This document shows, piece after piece, positions 13,001 through 28,000 of a stretch of DNA of 64,000 bases; the first letter of the stretch is position 1, and each line of letters opens with the position of its first letter. This stretch comes from Pecten maximus (Eukaryota). The notes under the pieces were generated by a model. It did no database searches. It saw nothing but the letters and a program-made list of their open reading frames with translations, and was not told where the DNA came from. The DNA is taken from NCBI RefSeq assembly GCF_902652985.1, contig NC_047028.1, positions 8,928,001 through 8,992,000 of the forward strand. Direction: 5' to 3'. A program made the position numbers and the translations under genes.

Positions 13001-16000
13001 AGAAATCTGTCATCATGAAAAAATAAAAGGTAACCTGATCCTCATTAAAAGTTCATTATTTGTTTTCAAAAAGAAAATATATTAAAAAAATTTCAGAAAT
13101 AGAACAGAGCTTGCAGTCTTGATAGGGAACCTAGAGAGCAGTATTGGCCTGAAGACTCCAGAGGAAGATAATACAACCAACTCTGGTATGTAGCATCACA
13201 ATCTCATACACGCCTCCACCTCAACATCAGTATTAAGGACTGTGAAAACAGTTTTCATCTGTACAGAATTTGTCCCCTTTCCTATTGGGGAATCAGCATT
13301 CCTCACACCATATTGTAAATTCAATTTATTAGTTTGGTAAGAAGTAAACTTTATCAATGGCATTTATTCAAACAGAATATTGTTGTGGAATGAGAGAATT
13401 TCTCTGATGATGAAGCATATTATAATTTGTCAGAGTTTGTAATTTGATACAAAGACGATTCGTTATTAGTCCCCTGCCGTTTGAAAAACGGGGGGACTTA
13501 AGGTTTACCCTCCGTCCGTCCGTCTGTCTGTCTGTCTGTCTCACGCAACAGTTATCCGGACAACTCCTTCTAAAGTACTACTCTGATCTTAATGAAACTT
13601 GGTATACATGATCAGTATAACATGTAGTTGTGCATCCCACATTTTTTTTCTCGAAAAACCATTTAAAAAAAAATGGGAAATAAATAGGTGCACTTCTAGC
13701 TCAGGCAGGGGATTTGTATTGCTGTTGCAATACTATCCATCCTTGTTTAATAATACAAACCTTTTGTCAGTGTGTCATGATATTTATATTACAGGAGACA
13801 GTGTAAAAAGTGAAGACAAATCCAACATAAAATCAGAAACATCAGAGGATTCCCTGGACTCAAACCCACCTATTAAAAAGGAGCCAGACAAACAGGCAGA
13901 GAATGAACGTTCACCAAAGGTCAAATCTGAATCGGAGGATGAAGTGGATGGTGTCGTAGTTAAAAAAGAGGATAAAACATCACAGAAAGAAGCATCCTCT
14001 ACACAAATAAAAAAGGAAGCTAACACAGAGGAGGGTGTTATTGAAGTGAAGAAGGAAAAAGTTGAGGAAAAAGAAGGAAGTCATGAAATCTTGAAGGGAA
14101 AAGAGAAAAATAGTGAAAAAGGTATTGAAGTGGATGATAAACTTCAGCAAAGTACAGAAAAATCCTCTATATCAGATGTTTCCAAAGGAGGTGATGACAA
14201 GGAAGAAAAGGAAGAAGAGACGATGAAAATTGATAATGCAACATTGGAGGATGAAGATAAAATCAAGGGAGATAAGTCTGTCAATGATAAAATAAAGAAA
14301 TCAAACAGGAAGACAGAAAGTAAAGACAGAAGTACTAAAACAGAAAAGGAAGAACAAGATAAGACTGATATGAAAGAAAAGGAAGGTTCAGTTGAGGATC
14401 AAACACCCAAATCTGGTGAATCAAATGAAAATACAAAACCAAACGAACTTGAAACTGGTGTTAAACAACGGGATAGTCCATGTGAAACAAGTGAAATTAA
14501 AGACAAGTCAGAAACAGAGCTACCAGAGAACATTAATAAAGATAGCAAAAGTGAAACCAAACTAGATCTGAATAAAGAAAAGAAAACTGGGGTAGACAAA
14601 GAAAAAAGTGAGACAATTGACAATGAATCTGGTGATAACAACACTGAAGGAAATTTACAATCTAAGAAAAGTAAAAACAATGATGAACAAAAGTCTGATC
14701 CAAAATGTGAAACAGAAAGTACAGATAGCCACAGAAAAGACAAGTCAGAGAAAGACTGTGATAGTACGGGAAAAGAATTAATAAAAACTGATGAAATTAA
14801 AGATGGAAAGAGTGAAAACAAGTCAGAAAAAGATAAAAAGGGGGAGAAGGAAGAAAAGAGAAAGAAAAGTGATGACAAAAAATCTCCATTAACAGTAAAA
14901 ACTGGAGAATCTCATAGTAAGGAAGATAATATCGAAAGTAAGTCGAGCAGTGATGATGTGCCAAAGCGTTCTGACAATAAATTAACAACAGGATCAGTTG
15001 ATGGTGATGAACAATCCAAACAAACTAGTGATAAAGAACCTACAGATTCCAACAATCAGAAAAAGGAAATTAAGTCTAATGAAAGTAAACAGATTGAAGA
15101 AAGTGGGAAACCAGAGAAAGGGCAAGACAGTACACAGAGTGAAGATGTTGAGAACATGCCACAAAAGGATGTGGCATCTGAGGAAAAGCCACCATCTCCT
15201 AAACACTCACATGTGGTAGAGACCAGTGATTGTAAAGGACCGATAAAAGATTCTATAGAGGAGAAAGGTGTGAAAGAACCCGAGGAAGAAATGACTGATA
15301 TAAAAGAGGATGAGACATGCAAGGAAAAGGAGAATAGTGAAGAAAAAATAGATAATATTGAAGATAGTACTGGAATATTACGAAGGAGTTCAAGATCAAG
15401 AAAATCAGTACCCCTTCCTCAAGCTCCTCTGCCTGTTGTAAGAAAAGTAGCACCGAAATCCAATAAGAGTAAGGCTAAAAATGATGATAAGATAGAATCC
15501 AAAGACAAGAACAAGGAAGAAAATGAAGATGAAAGAGAGGATGAAAACAACACAACAAATACATCTGACATTGTAAAGGAGGCAAAGCATGATAAAGAGG
15601 AGGAGGAAAAGCTTAATGGAGATGTATCACTGGACGAGGAAGAGATTTTAACAAAGACTGCTAAAAGTCCGGATAAATCACGCAAGCGACAACTACAACT
15701 TGAGGACTCTGTTGATACGTCGTCCGCTGAGCCAGACTCCAAGAAGTTAAAAGGAGGTAAAAAAGCTGCAGCAAAGGGCAAGTCCAAAAAGAGGGTACCA
15801 GCTAGAGTCATAGCCACATCCTCCTCCTCTCAGGAAGAGAGTGTGGACAGTGACGATGTTCCCCTGAGTAAGGTAAATCGGAGTGGAGGAAGGACAGCAC
15901 GAGGAAAGGGCAAAGGAAACGGACGTGGCAGACAGGTGGAAGTTACACCTACCAGGAAAAGTTCTCGACCAGTCAAGGTGATAATTATATATACCAACAT

Positions 16001-19000
16001 TTTATTACTGGTGTAGTTTTATATAGGTGTAAGGGTAGACAACTCCCGTGTAGAATCTAATAAAACTCTGGTGAGTTGAGCATCCCTCCTAACTCCCCAT
16101 GTATAAGAGATTACAATTCCAATGGTTGTCGCCTGAATTTAGTTGATCGTCATGATCAGGGCTAAGAAAACTTTTTATTATGGATATAAAACTTGAGTGC
16201 AATTGATAATTTTTTTTTTGAAAATGTGAAATAGTTTCATACGGCCATAGATTTCTTCCTAATGTCCTAATGTATATTGCTATGATTTAATTTTCCATCC
16301 TAATGGTTAGAATACTGTTTTTGGTCTTGATTTTTTTTTTTGTGGTATTTTTAGTTCTTATTATAGTACATATGTATTATAGCAACTTATTGCAGTTTAA
16401 GAATTAGAATCAACATTCTTCATGATCTTCATAATTGTCTACCTACCTATTTTAGAATTAGGCGTGAAGCATTCGCTATATACATTAACAATGTTACTTG
16501 GTAATAACTTTGTACTATAATTTACAACTGTGATGATGATTTTTATAGAAAAAGAAATTTGAAAGTGATGAAGAAGACTGCACTCCTAAAGCAACACCAA
16601 AGGGGAAAAAGAATGTGACTCCCAAATCTACCCCCACCGCAGCCCCCACCCCAGCCCCCACCCCAGCCCCCAAGGTTGAACCTCCATCTTCATCCTCTAC
16701 TACAGAGCTGGATGAGGAGGATCTATCGGGAAGGAGGAGAAGTGTCCGGGTCAGAAAAATGGCCAAGAAGAAAAAGAAGTTACTGGTGTTTGAAGTATCG
16801 ACTGATGAAGAGCTGATAAAAGAGGAAGCAAATGATAGTAGTGAATTCCAGATTGAGTCGGAGTTTGATTCTGACGAGGATTTCAAAATCCAAAAGGGGA
16901 GAAATGCACGAAGGCAAGCAGCCATAAGTAAGTAATGAATTTCTCTAACAGGATTTGTAATTTTGTTTGAAATGACAGTTAAACTGAATGATGATCTTGA
17001 TATTCAATATAAATATTTACTTTAGTACATGTATGTAGTAGTGTAAGAACATTGCATGATTAATGATAATATAAGTGTAAGTTTTCATAACAAAGACTTA
17101 AAGTTTCTTATGAATTCATTAGTTACTAATTTCAGGAGGAATTCAATTTTATGATTTTTTTACCCACCATCATCAGATGGTGTGCTATTCAAATCGCCAT
17201 GCATTCGCGATCCGTCCTTCTGTCCGTCCCTCCCTAAATTAATTCTTGTTATCGCTATTTCTCAGAAATCTGGGATCTCTTGTTAAAAGTCATCCAATTA
17301 TCAACTTATTAATTCAAACAACTTCTAGGAGAGTTACTACATGGGGACTGATATTTGGCCAGCAAACATCTGGAAAGGGACAATACAAATTTTGACCTAT
17401 ATTTATAGCATCTACCAGGTATATGGTAAATATGGGGACAATTCAAATTTTAACCTACATTCATAGCATCTATATGGTAAATATAGGGACAATATAAATT
17501 TTATTTTTCGTTTATGGCATCTAGATGGTAAATATAGGGACAATATAAATTTAAACCTACATTTATGGCGTCTATATGGTAAAGCTTCAAGAATCATTGT
17601 CTCCATTGCCTGAAGATTTGTGGTCACTGTACATGTATACATATTTGGCCAGTTTCCTGATATAAATGGCCTTCACCTACTTTCAGTGTCGTCAGGATTA
17701 AATTAAATGTATTGAAAACTTTTAAAACCCCTCCCCACATCTTGAAGTTCAGGTTCATGATATTTATCTTGCTTATACTTTTGGTGGGATGCTATAAACC
17801 TTCCTCATATCAATGACCTTGATCTTTTTCAAGATCACAGGGGTCATATATATTAGAATCTTCATTGAGCATTATTTGAAGAATCATGAAGTGTAGATTT
17901 TAATGAGAATATTTTGCTACTATTACTAAATATTCATGTGAACGATTCAGGCCTTCAAGACCTCATTTTTTAAGTTCAGTAATCTAAGGAGACTCCTTGC
18001 AAGATTTGGGAACATGGCCAGGGCTCAAAGTGGATATTTTTTCCAGGTCGCCTATTTGGCTACCAAGTCATAAAATCTAGGTGTCAATTGGAAAAGTTAG
18101 TCGGCCGGCCAAGTTGTCTAAACTTTAAAAAAAAAAAGATCTTTTAATTCTTTAATACAGTATAACATCTCTCTGTAACTTTTTCGATTGGGAACATCAT
18201 TTTCGCATTTACTGCAACCTTTGAAAGATTAACCAAATTGCAAATTTTCACAATTTTTTAGTGGCCATGCAAGTGCCTTAATTATAGGTCAATATCTGGT
18301 CGCCAATGGTGAATTTAAGGCGCCATGGCCACTAAAATAGGTGCCACTTTGAGCCCTGATGGCATGTGAGTGTGCTGCCTAATGTTTTACAAGGTTGTTT
18401 TTTTAACAAGAAACAATAGTAAGAGGTTATTCTATAACTACAGTTACGATTGACTTTACAGAGGCAGTGGAAGAAGAAAAGAAGCGCGTTGTACCAGATG
18501 ACACACCGTGCTGCAAGTGCCTTAAGTACAACCAACCCGAGTGGGTAGGTATTGTATGGACAAATAGGTTTGGTAAAGTAAAGTTGGCAGTGATTTCATG
18601 ATTGAAATTTCCTTTGATAGAAAAGTTTCATACAGTATGTTGGAGTAATATCTATGTCTGCTGTCATATCAACTGAGTATTACCAGGTAACTTCATTCCA
18701 TCAATCTAGCCAACCGTGACATCTTGGCTAAACACTTGTTTCTCGGATAATTCTAGTCAGGAAACTCTTCATGTGGATAGATCTACAACACTGTGTAGTT
18801 TATATAACACTGATCTATTTTCAACTTTACTGACCCAGGTTAGATTTTGCATTTAGCTTCAATTCCACCAAAAATGACTTTTTTGTGATCTATATTTTAC
18901 ACACTTTTTCCTGGTCTATGACTAGTAAATAATTTCTGAATGCTTAGAAATCTTGGATATCATACAGTTATGTGTATAGATCCTGCTTGTCCATTCTCAA

Positions 19001-22000
19001 CTGGCATGTACACTGGTGCTTGACAAGAGATTCTATTGGATGAAACTTACGCTGCTGTTGGATTTCCTAGTCTTGTGTCTGCCTGGATAGTTTCCTTCTA
19101 GTTTATGGTATTCCTTGTATATTCCAGATACTGTTGTGTGATAAATGCGATGCTGGGTATCATACCGCCTGTCTGCGACCACCACTGATGATAATACCCG
19201 ACGGCGAGTGGTTTTGTCCACCCTGCGAACATGTATGTAAACTGAAATATCCAACTATACACTTGATAAAAAAAAAAATTTTTTCAAAAAAGAAGATATT
19301 GTAATGTTCGTTTTTGCTTTATTTGTAAATAGCTGTAATCTTTTTAATCAATAATGGTGACATTGTTTGGAGACCATGATATAAATCTTCAGACCACTTT
19401 TTAATGATTTAATATTTAATATTTCTTAATGTTATAGAATTTCAGTGTATTAAACATTTCATTTTACAGAAAATGCTGGTAGAACGTCTGCTTGCTAACC
19501 TGAAAGAGCTTGATATTGCCCTGAAGAAAAAGGACAGATTAACCAAAAGGTAATGTAAAGATTGTGATATCAACCAATGTTTCTGTGATGGAAATGATAT
19601 AAAATTTTGACTACCATACACACACATGGGCAAAAAAAAACTTGGTGATTTTACTGCTCTTGCAATTTTTAGATTTTTTTTTATTTATTTATCTAATATT
19701 TTGATACAGTTTGCCAAAAGTATTGCTCATTTAGCAAAGTACTATGTATAAGCAAGTTTTGTTTGAATTGATAACCTTATTTTCAAAAAAGCTTTTTTTT
19801 TCTCAAGTAATGTAATATGTCCCATGTTTTCTAAACAAAATACAAAACTATAGTGAATATTGCTTTTGAGTGTACTTTTTTAGGTCAGCATGATGTATAG
19901 CCATTGTGTTCATCCGTCAATATGTGCCAATATGTGCCATCTGTAATCTTTTCACATTTAAAACTTCTCAATTTTCACAAGTTACCTGAAACAATTTCTG
20001 AGCTGGTCCTGACCAAGTGTTGTTAGTTTTTTGGTTGGTCTGATATCCAAGATGGCCTCCATGGCAGCCATCTTGAAAAACACATCTTAAACTACTTCTT
20101 TAGTTCCACTGGTGCCATTAAGATGAAAATTAGTAGGGATGTTAAGGAAGGGGAGCCAACAAAGCATTGCTATTGTTCGGCCTTGTAAAAGCTTTAGACA
20201 TGGCAGCCATGACAGCCATTTTGTAACATGTTCACACAGTCATGGTTTTCCTAAACAACTCCTATTTTAAACTTCTTCTCAACTTCCACCAGTGGGATTT
20301 AACTCAATCTTGTCCAAGATGATCCTGACACGGTCCTGACAAAGTGTCGTTATTTTGAGTCAGTCTGAAATCCAAGATGGCCACCCATGGCCAACAGTAC
20401 CACTGGACTTGCTACTGATTATGTATACTACAATAGTACAAGGGTCTTTCGAGTCAGATGACCGTTAAGGCCCATGGGCCTCTTGTTTTTATAGTTTTCA
20501 AACCAAAAGATTTTACAAAAAAAAGATTTTTTTTTACCTTGACCAGTGCTGAATTTCGAAATTTGTCATTTACATATACATTTTATTTTATTTTTCAGGA
20601 AGGAAAGGCTGGCCTATGTTGGAATTAGTCTGGACAATATCCTGAATGAGGTAAACTGACATGTCTATAATATAAGGAATGGTATATTTACCAAATATAA
20701 CAACATATCATTCTCAGATTCCAATGTATGGAAGACTATGCAATCATAGTTAACAGTTTCTGTATATTTTGTGACAGTACTGATCTGTCACAATATATGC
20801 AGAAACTTCTGTGTGATTTGGTTCAGAAAACAATTCAAAGTTAACATTGTGATAAATATTCCCCTACCAGTGGAGCCGGGGGACTATAGGTTCTTCCCCA
20901 TCCATCCGTCCATCTGTCAGTCCGCCTACTTAGTTTTCCACACTTTTCTTGGCCATGCTTCAAGGTATGTTGGTGAAAGTTTTTATGTAACCTTAGTATG
21001 AGAAGCTACATATCAAGTTTGAGTTTCAGGGTTTTTGGGTCAAATCCATGGTCACTGTTACTATTTTAAGCAGGGGCATGGTAGGGGACTCGCAATACCC
21101 AACACGCTTTTTTGAAAAACACATTAAATTCTTTCTTCATATTGCTAGCCTGGGAATGAATTCATTTGATGAAAAGTTATTTCCTTCTCATTGTTACCAA
21201 TGTGAAAGTATTTCCTAGCCATGTACCACAGAAAGGATACATATTCCAGTGTGAAAAAACTTGCTTAGGTACCCTGAGAAATGTCCCAGTTTATAACTAA
21301 GGTACCCTGACAAATGTCCTAGTTTATAACTAAGGTACCCTGAGAAATGTCCCAGTTTATAACTAAGGTACCCTGAGAAATGTCCTAGTTTATAACTAAG
21401 GTACCCTGAGAATCGTCCTAGTTTATAACTAAGGTATTCTGAGAAATGTCCTAGTTTATAACTAAGGTACCCTGAGAAATGTCCTAGTTTATAACTAAGG
21501 TACCCTGAGAATCGTCCTAGTTTATAACTAAGGTACCCTGAGAAATGTCCTAGTTTATAACTAAGGTACCCTGAGAAATGTCCTAGTTTATTACTAAGGT
21601 ATTCTGAGAAATGTCCCAGTTTATAACTTAGGTACCATGAGAAATGACCTAGTTTATATGTGTGTGTTGTCAGGAACTAAAGGAGAACATTGAGCCTGAA
21701 GAAGAGAGTGAAAGCAGTGATGAAGGAGTACGACCAGAGCGATACAGAAAGGCCCACCACCACCATAAACATCATCACAAGCATCATAAAGAAAAGTCCA
21801 AACCGTCATTTGCCACACGTTCCTGTCGCTCGCGTAACAAGACCAGCTACAAGTTTGAAGACTATGATGAAATGATCAACACTGCAATACAACAAGAGGT
21901 AGAGAAAGCCTGGACAGAAGGTGAGAAACTAGGTGTTTGACTCTCGTTAACGGTTTTATATACCTGGACAGAAGGTGAGAAACGAGATGTTTGACTCTCG

Positions 22001-25000
22001 TTAACGGTTTTATATACCTAGACAGAAGGTGAGAAACGAGATGTTTGACTCTAGTTAACGGTTTTATATACCTGGACAGAAGGTGAGAAACCAGATGTTT
22101 GACTCTAGTTAACGGTTTTATATACCTGGACAGAAGGTGAGAAACCAGATGTTTGACTCTCGTCAACGGTTTTATATACCTAGACAGAAGGTGAGAAACG
22201 AGATGTTTGACTCTAGTTAACGGTTTTATATACCTGGACAGAAGGTGAGAAACCAGATGTTTGACTCTAGTTAACGGTTTTATATACCTGGACAGAAGGT
22301 GAGAAACCAGATGTTTGACTCTCGTTAACGGTTTTATATACCTGGACAGAAGGTGAGAAACCAGATGTTTGACTCTAGTTAATGGTTTTATATACCTGGA
22401 CAGAAGGTGAGAAACCAGACGTTTGACTCTCGTTAACGGTTTTTTATACCTGGACAGAAGGTGAGAAACCAGATGTTTGACTCTCGTTAACGGTTTTATA
22501 TACCTGGACAGAAGGTGAGAAACCAGATGTTTGACTCTCGTTAACGGTTTTATATACCTGGACAGAAGGTGAGAAACCAGATGTTTGACTCTCGTTAACG
22601 GTTTTATATACCTGGACAGAAGGTGAGAAACCAGATGTTTGACTCTAGTTAACGGTTTTTTATACCTGGACAGAAGGTGAGAAACCAGATGTTTGACTCT
22701 CGTTAACTGTTTTATATACCTGGACAGAAGGTGAGAAACCAGATGTTTGACTCTAGTTAACGGTTTTATATACCTGGACAGAAGGTGAGAAACCAGATGT
22801 TTGACTCTCGTTAACGGTTTTATATACCTGGACAGAAGGTGAGAAACCAGATGTTTGACTCTCGTTAACGGTTTTATATACCTGGACAGAACGTGAGAAA
22901 CCAGATGTTTGACTCTCGTTAACGGTTTTATATACCTGGACAGAAGGTGAGAAACCAGATGTTTGACTCTCGTTAATGGTTTTATATACCTGGACAGAAG
23001 GTGAGAAACCAGATGTTTGACTCTCGTTAACTGTTTTATATACCTGAACAGAAGGTGAGAAACCAGATGTTTGACTCTCGTTAATGGTTTTATATACCTG
23101 GACAGAAGGTGAGAAACCAGATGTTTGACTCTCGTTAATGGTTTTATATACCTGGACAGAAGGTGAGAAACCAGATGTTTGACTCTCGTTAACGGTTTTA
23201 TATACCTGGACAGAAGGTGAGAAACCAGATGTTTGACTCTCGTTAACGGTTTTATATACCTGGACAGAAGGTGAGAAACCAGATGTTTGACTCTCGTTAA
23301 CGGTTTTATATACCTGGACAGAAGGTGAGAAACCAGATGTTTGACTCTAGTTAATGGTTTTATATTCCTGGACAGAAGGTGAGAAACCAGATGTTTGACT
23401 CTCGTTAACGGTTTTATATACCTGGACAGAAGGTGAGAAACCAGACGTTTGACTCTCGTTAACGGTTTTATATACCTGGACAGAAGGTGAGAAACCAGAC
23501 GTTTGACTCTCGTTAACGGTTTTATATACCTGGACAGAAGGTGAGAAACCAGATGTTTGACTCTCGTTAACGGTTTTATATACCTGGACAGAAGGTGAGA
23601 AACCAGACGTTTGACTCTCGTTAACGGTTTTATATACCTGGACAGAAGGTGAGAAACCAGATGTTTGACTCTAGTTAATGGTTTTATATACCTGGACAGA
23701 AGGTGAGAAACCAGATGTTTGACTCTCGTTAATGGTTTTATATACCTGGACAGAAGGTGAGAAACCAGATGTTTGACTCTCGTTAACTGTTTTATATACC
23801 TGAACAGAAGGTGAGAAACCAGATGTTTGACTCTCGTTAATGGTTTTATATACCTGGACAGAAGGTGAGAAACCAGATGTTTGACTCTCGTTAATGGTTT
23901 TATATACCTGGACAGAAGGTGAGAAACCAGATGTTTGACTCTCGTTAACGGTTTTATATACCTGGACAGAAGGTGAGAAACCAGATGTTTGACTCTCGTT
24001 AACGGTTTTATATACCTGGACAGAAGGTGAGAAACCAGATGTTTGACTCTCGTTAACGGTTTTATATACCTGGACAGAAGGTGAGAAACCAGATGTTTGA
24101 CTCTAGTTAATGGTTTTATATTCCTGGACAGAAGGTGAGAAACCAGATGTTTGACTCTCGTTAACGGTTTTATATACCTGGACAGAAGGTGAGAAACCAG
24201 ATGTTTGACTCTAGTTAATGGTTTTATATACCTGGACAGAAGGTGAGAAACCAGATGTTTGACTCTCATTAACTGTTTTATATACCTGGACAGATGGTGA
24301 GAAACGAGATGTTTGACTCTAGTTAACGGTTTTATATGCCTGGACAGAAGGTGAGAAACCAGATGTTTGACTCTAGTTAACGGTTTTATATACCTGGACA
24401 GAAGGTGAGAAACCAGATGTTTGACTCTCGTTAACTGTTTTATAAACAACCTGGAAGAACGGTGAAATGGCCAAATGGGATTACAGTAAAACCTGCTCTA
24501 ACGACCCCCTGTATATAACGACATGAAAGCCAATAATGCCTTTCTTAATCGTAGCTGTCGGTACTAGCGTTTGTACTGCCGCCATCTTTAATTAGTCAAT
24601 ACTAATAAAAAATCGTAAACTGACACAAATATCCGGATTTCAATTTGGGTCAGAAAAAAAATATTTTGGTTTTAAGAAGTAAGACTATAACACAAAATAA
24701 TTAGTAGTAACACAAATATAATTAATTAATTAATTATTGTGTATTCTTTTTCTTTATTTATGAAAGAAAGGGAGATAATTTGATAGATACATATACATAG
24801 CATTACTTCAGAACAAAATATTTAAAAAAAAAAAATTATCCATAAGACCATTTTGAGTTATATTTTGTGTTTGGGTCCACAAATCATTAAATATTAAACC
24901 CTTCAGATTTATAAAGTTTATGCATTTATTTAACTTCTGACTGGTCTTCTGAATGCCCTGTTCAATGACAATTTATATATGGCAGTTTAAAGTAAATTGG

Positions 25001-28000
25001 TTGGTGCAATAATTTTGACCTGTCTATAAAGGCAACCTGTCTATAGTGACCGTTTTTCTGCCTCCCCTTGGGCGGTCGCTATAGACAGGTTTGACTGTAT
25101 TTTACTCTAATGTTTTCCTGCGTCAATTGTAAGTGATTGTTGGGGTATTCGACTAGGCAGTTAAGCTATTCGTATAGAAAATGGATAGTTTATTTAATTA
25201 CCTAGGTATATTTTAGGTGTTATTAGACAAAACTGGGTGAAGTATAGACAAAAGAGTTATTCCCCTTTATGATTTCCTTCATAAACTCTATGGAGTTTTG
25301 GTATTCAGCTAGCTACTTCTAGTTCTTGTTAACGTTATGTTGTCAAGTGAAGTTATTCATATTAAGAATGTATAACCTGCTAATGTTGTTGGTGTTACCA
25401 GCTAAACCTGGCCGAAGTAGAGGTAAAGATATGTCTAATATCCTGGGGATGGAGGATACAGAGGAGGAGGAGGAGGAAGAGGATGGGGAGGAGGAGGAGG
25501 AAGAAGAGGAGGCGGAGGATGGTAAACCAGCTGGAGTGTCCAGGAAGAAAAAAAAGAAGAAGAGGAAGGGCCGCAGTCTGACAGCTCTCGATAGCGGCAG
25601 TAACCCAGAGGATGATAGTGAGGAGTATCAGCTGTCAGAGTAAGTAATGTATTAAATCAACAAATTTATTGACATAGGATTAGACATCAGGCATAGCCTA
25701 TCTAAGTCTTCTTCTAAAGTGACAACATGTGGTAAAAAGTACATAGATGCACATTGATGTGATATATTGATTTAAGGGGAAGTGACTCCTTGAAGTGAAC
25801 AGACAATGTTAATGATAGTGACCCTTCCTCTAGGGTTACTTAATTTGAAATACTTACTAGACTATTATGTTATTAGTGAATAATAACAATGAATTATTGA
25901 TATTCATATGAAATACAATGTTGAGCATAAATATTTTGGTGATATTGAATTTATCCTCCCAATAGATACAACAGGCCATAGAGTAATGTATTAATGATTA
26001 ATGAGTTGGGTGATGGTCATTAGTTAATTAAGAATCTTTGTACCTGTAACACAGGAGATATCATTTAAGCTCACCCAAGATTAAAACACAAGGCCTTTTA
26101 TTAGCCCTCTATCATTTGGTGGTGATCATGAGCTATTCAAATCTCCCTTCGTCTGTTAGTCCATCTGTGAGCAATCCTTGTCATCATTATTTCTCGAGAC
26201 TTCACATGTAGGTTCCCTATGGTCCCTAGTAGTGTCCATTCAATGTTGGATTTGATCGGAAAGAGAAAATGGCTGCCAAGTAGTGATCTTTTGTTTTGGC
26301 AGTTGAAGTTTTCAGTATTTATTATATCAGGCTTTTACAAATTAATGTAATTGCTTCATTTATTGATACAGCTTACAGTGTGGAAATCATATCTTTGAGC
26401 TGCCTCTGTACCTTGCTTTAAACACAGCCATTGAACTGGGAATGTTATGTATTACTGATATCTTGTTTCAGTGGGTCAGCATCAGAGATTCAGGAGGAGG
26501 TAGAGGAGGATGATGATGACGAGGAGAGTGATTATAGTGCTGATGGTGAGGAATGGCGCACATCCCGGTCTCGAAGGGCTTCAACGCGACGGAGTGGCCG
26601 ACGTAAAAGACGGGGCAACAGATTTGATGATTTTGGTAAGAAGATTAAATTATTTGAAAAATAAATCATCTTTGAATACTGTTAATTAATCATTTATTAT
26701 CACTATTCCCACTTTGTAAAGGGTTTGTATGTGCATCCATGCATTTTATTTAAAACAGGATATCTCATAAAATCTCGACACGGATGATATTCAAATATGT
26801 CCCGTTTGCAAAGCCGTGAAGCAATATATAGGTGTTACTTTTCCAGCAGCGGAGACTCAAAACTCTAAATTTCTCTTTAAGTACATAAGCTATAATAAGT
26901 GCACCTGGAAAAAAACTTGTATCTATATGTAACCATCCCAACACAAATTTCAGATTCAGAATTTCAACTAAAATTTACTGGTAATTGGACTTTGTAAATG
27001 AATTAATTGGGCCTTGTTAAAGTTTTCTGTATATCTTGGGGTTGAACTTAATTTCTCACTTTTTATATTTGGAGAAATACATTGTGGCAATAAAATCTTT
27101 GAAAAAATTTTATGTAATTTTAATAATTGATCAACTAGAATCGCAATTGTGAGCAATAGCAGAAGTCACACACCCGACAAAGACTACCCACCTTGAAAAA
27201 AAGTACCTTCGTGTGATTCCTATGGCAGTCAAACCCATATATTTAAATTCATAGTCCACTAAGACCTTTATATACAAATTATTAATTCGTAATGGAGAAA
27301 AGTAGCGGAAACAACCGTGTATGATATTAGACTTCTTTCGGGATGACTTAATCTAAATGATATGCAGAAGGGGAGACAAGCGAGACATGTAATTACATGT
27401 AATTCTTGTATAATATCTAGATTTACACCTGTTTTTACACCATTTACACCATTGTCAAAGTTAAAGGCCTATAATCAAACTTATAAAAAAATTCTTATTG
27501 ATTATTAATTTGTTTATTTATAAAAACTTAAAATTGCAATAGAAAGAATGATATTTGAATCTTGATTTAAATTGTTTTCTTTATATATACATGTAGATCC
27601 TCTATTCCTAAAAGATTTGATAACTGGTATACAGTAATTGATACAAAAACCATCTCATTCAAGCAAAGTGATTTGCAGTAATACAGCTTTAGATAAATTG
27701 ATATGTTTAGAAAACGATAGACTTAATGATAATGTTAATATGTTTAGAAAACAAAATGTCCTAAGAAATTTTGTGATTCTTCCTGTTTCAGTTGTAGACG
27801 AAGAATACGATAGTGATGACAGTGCTCTGTGCCGGCGTTCGACAAGAGCTCGTGCTCGGAGGAAAGTCAGCTATCGAGAGGCTCGCTCAGAGGAGGAGGA
27901 AGAGGAAGAGGAGGAGGAAGAAGAGGAAGAGTCCATGGATAGTGCAGATCTTTGTTCAGATGAAAGTGGCCCCACTAGTTGTAAAAAATCACGTACAGCA

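Noticed and set aside
13599-13794. 5' part of the 805-aa ORF (and likewise 27638-27791 of the 1608-aa ORF) as N-termini of separate genes
   Set aside because: Intronic sequence upstream of phase-matched acceptors; the first overlaps a Helentron-type repeat.
21876-24449. 857-aa minus-strand ORF
   Set aside because: Stop-free translation of a 54-bp intronic minisatellite antisense to RSF1; no coding evidence.
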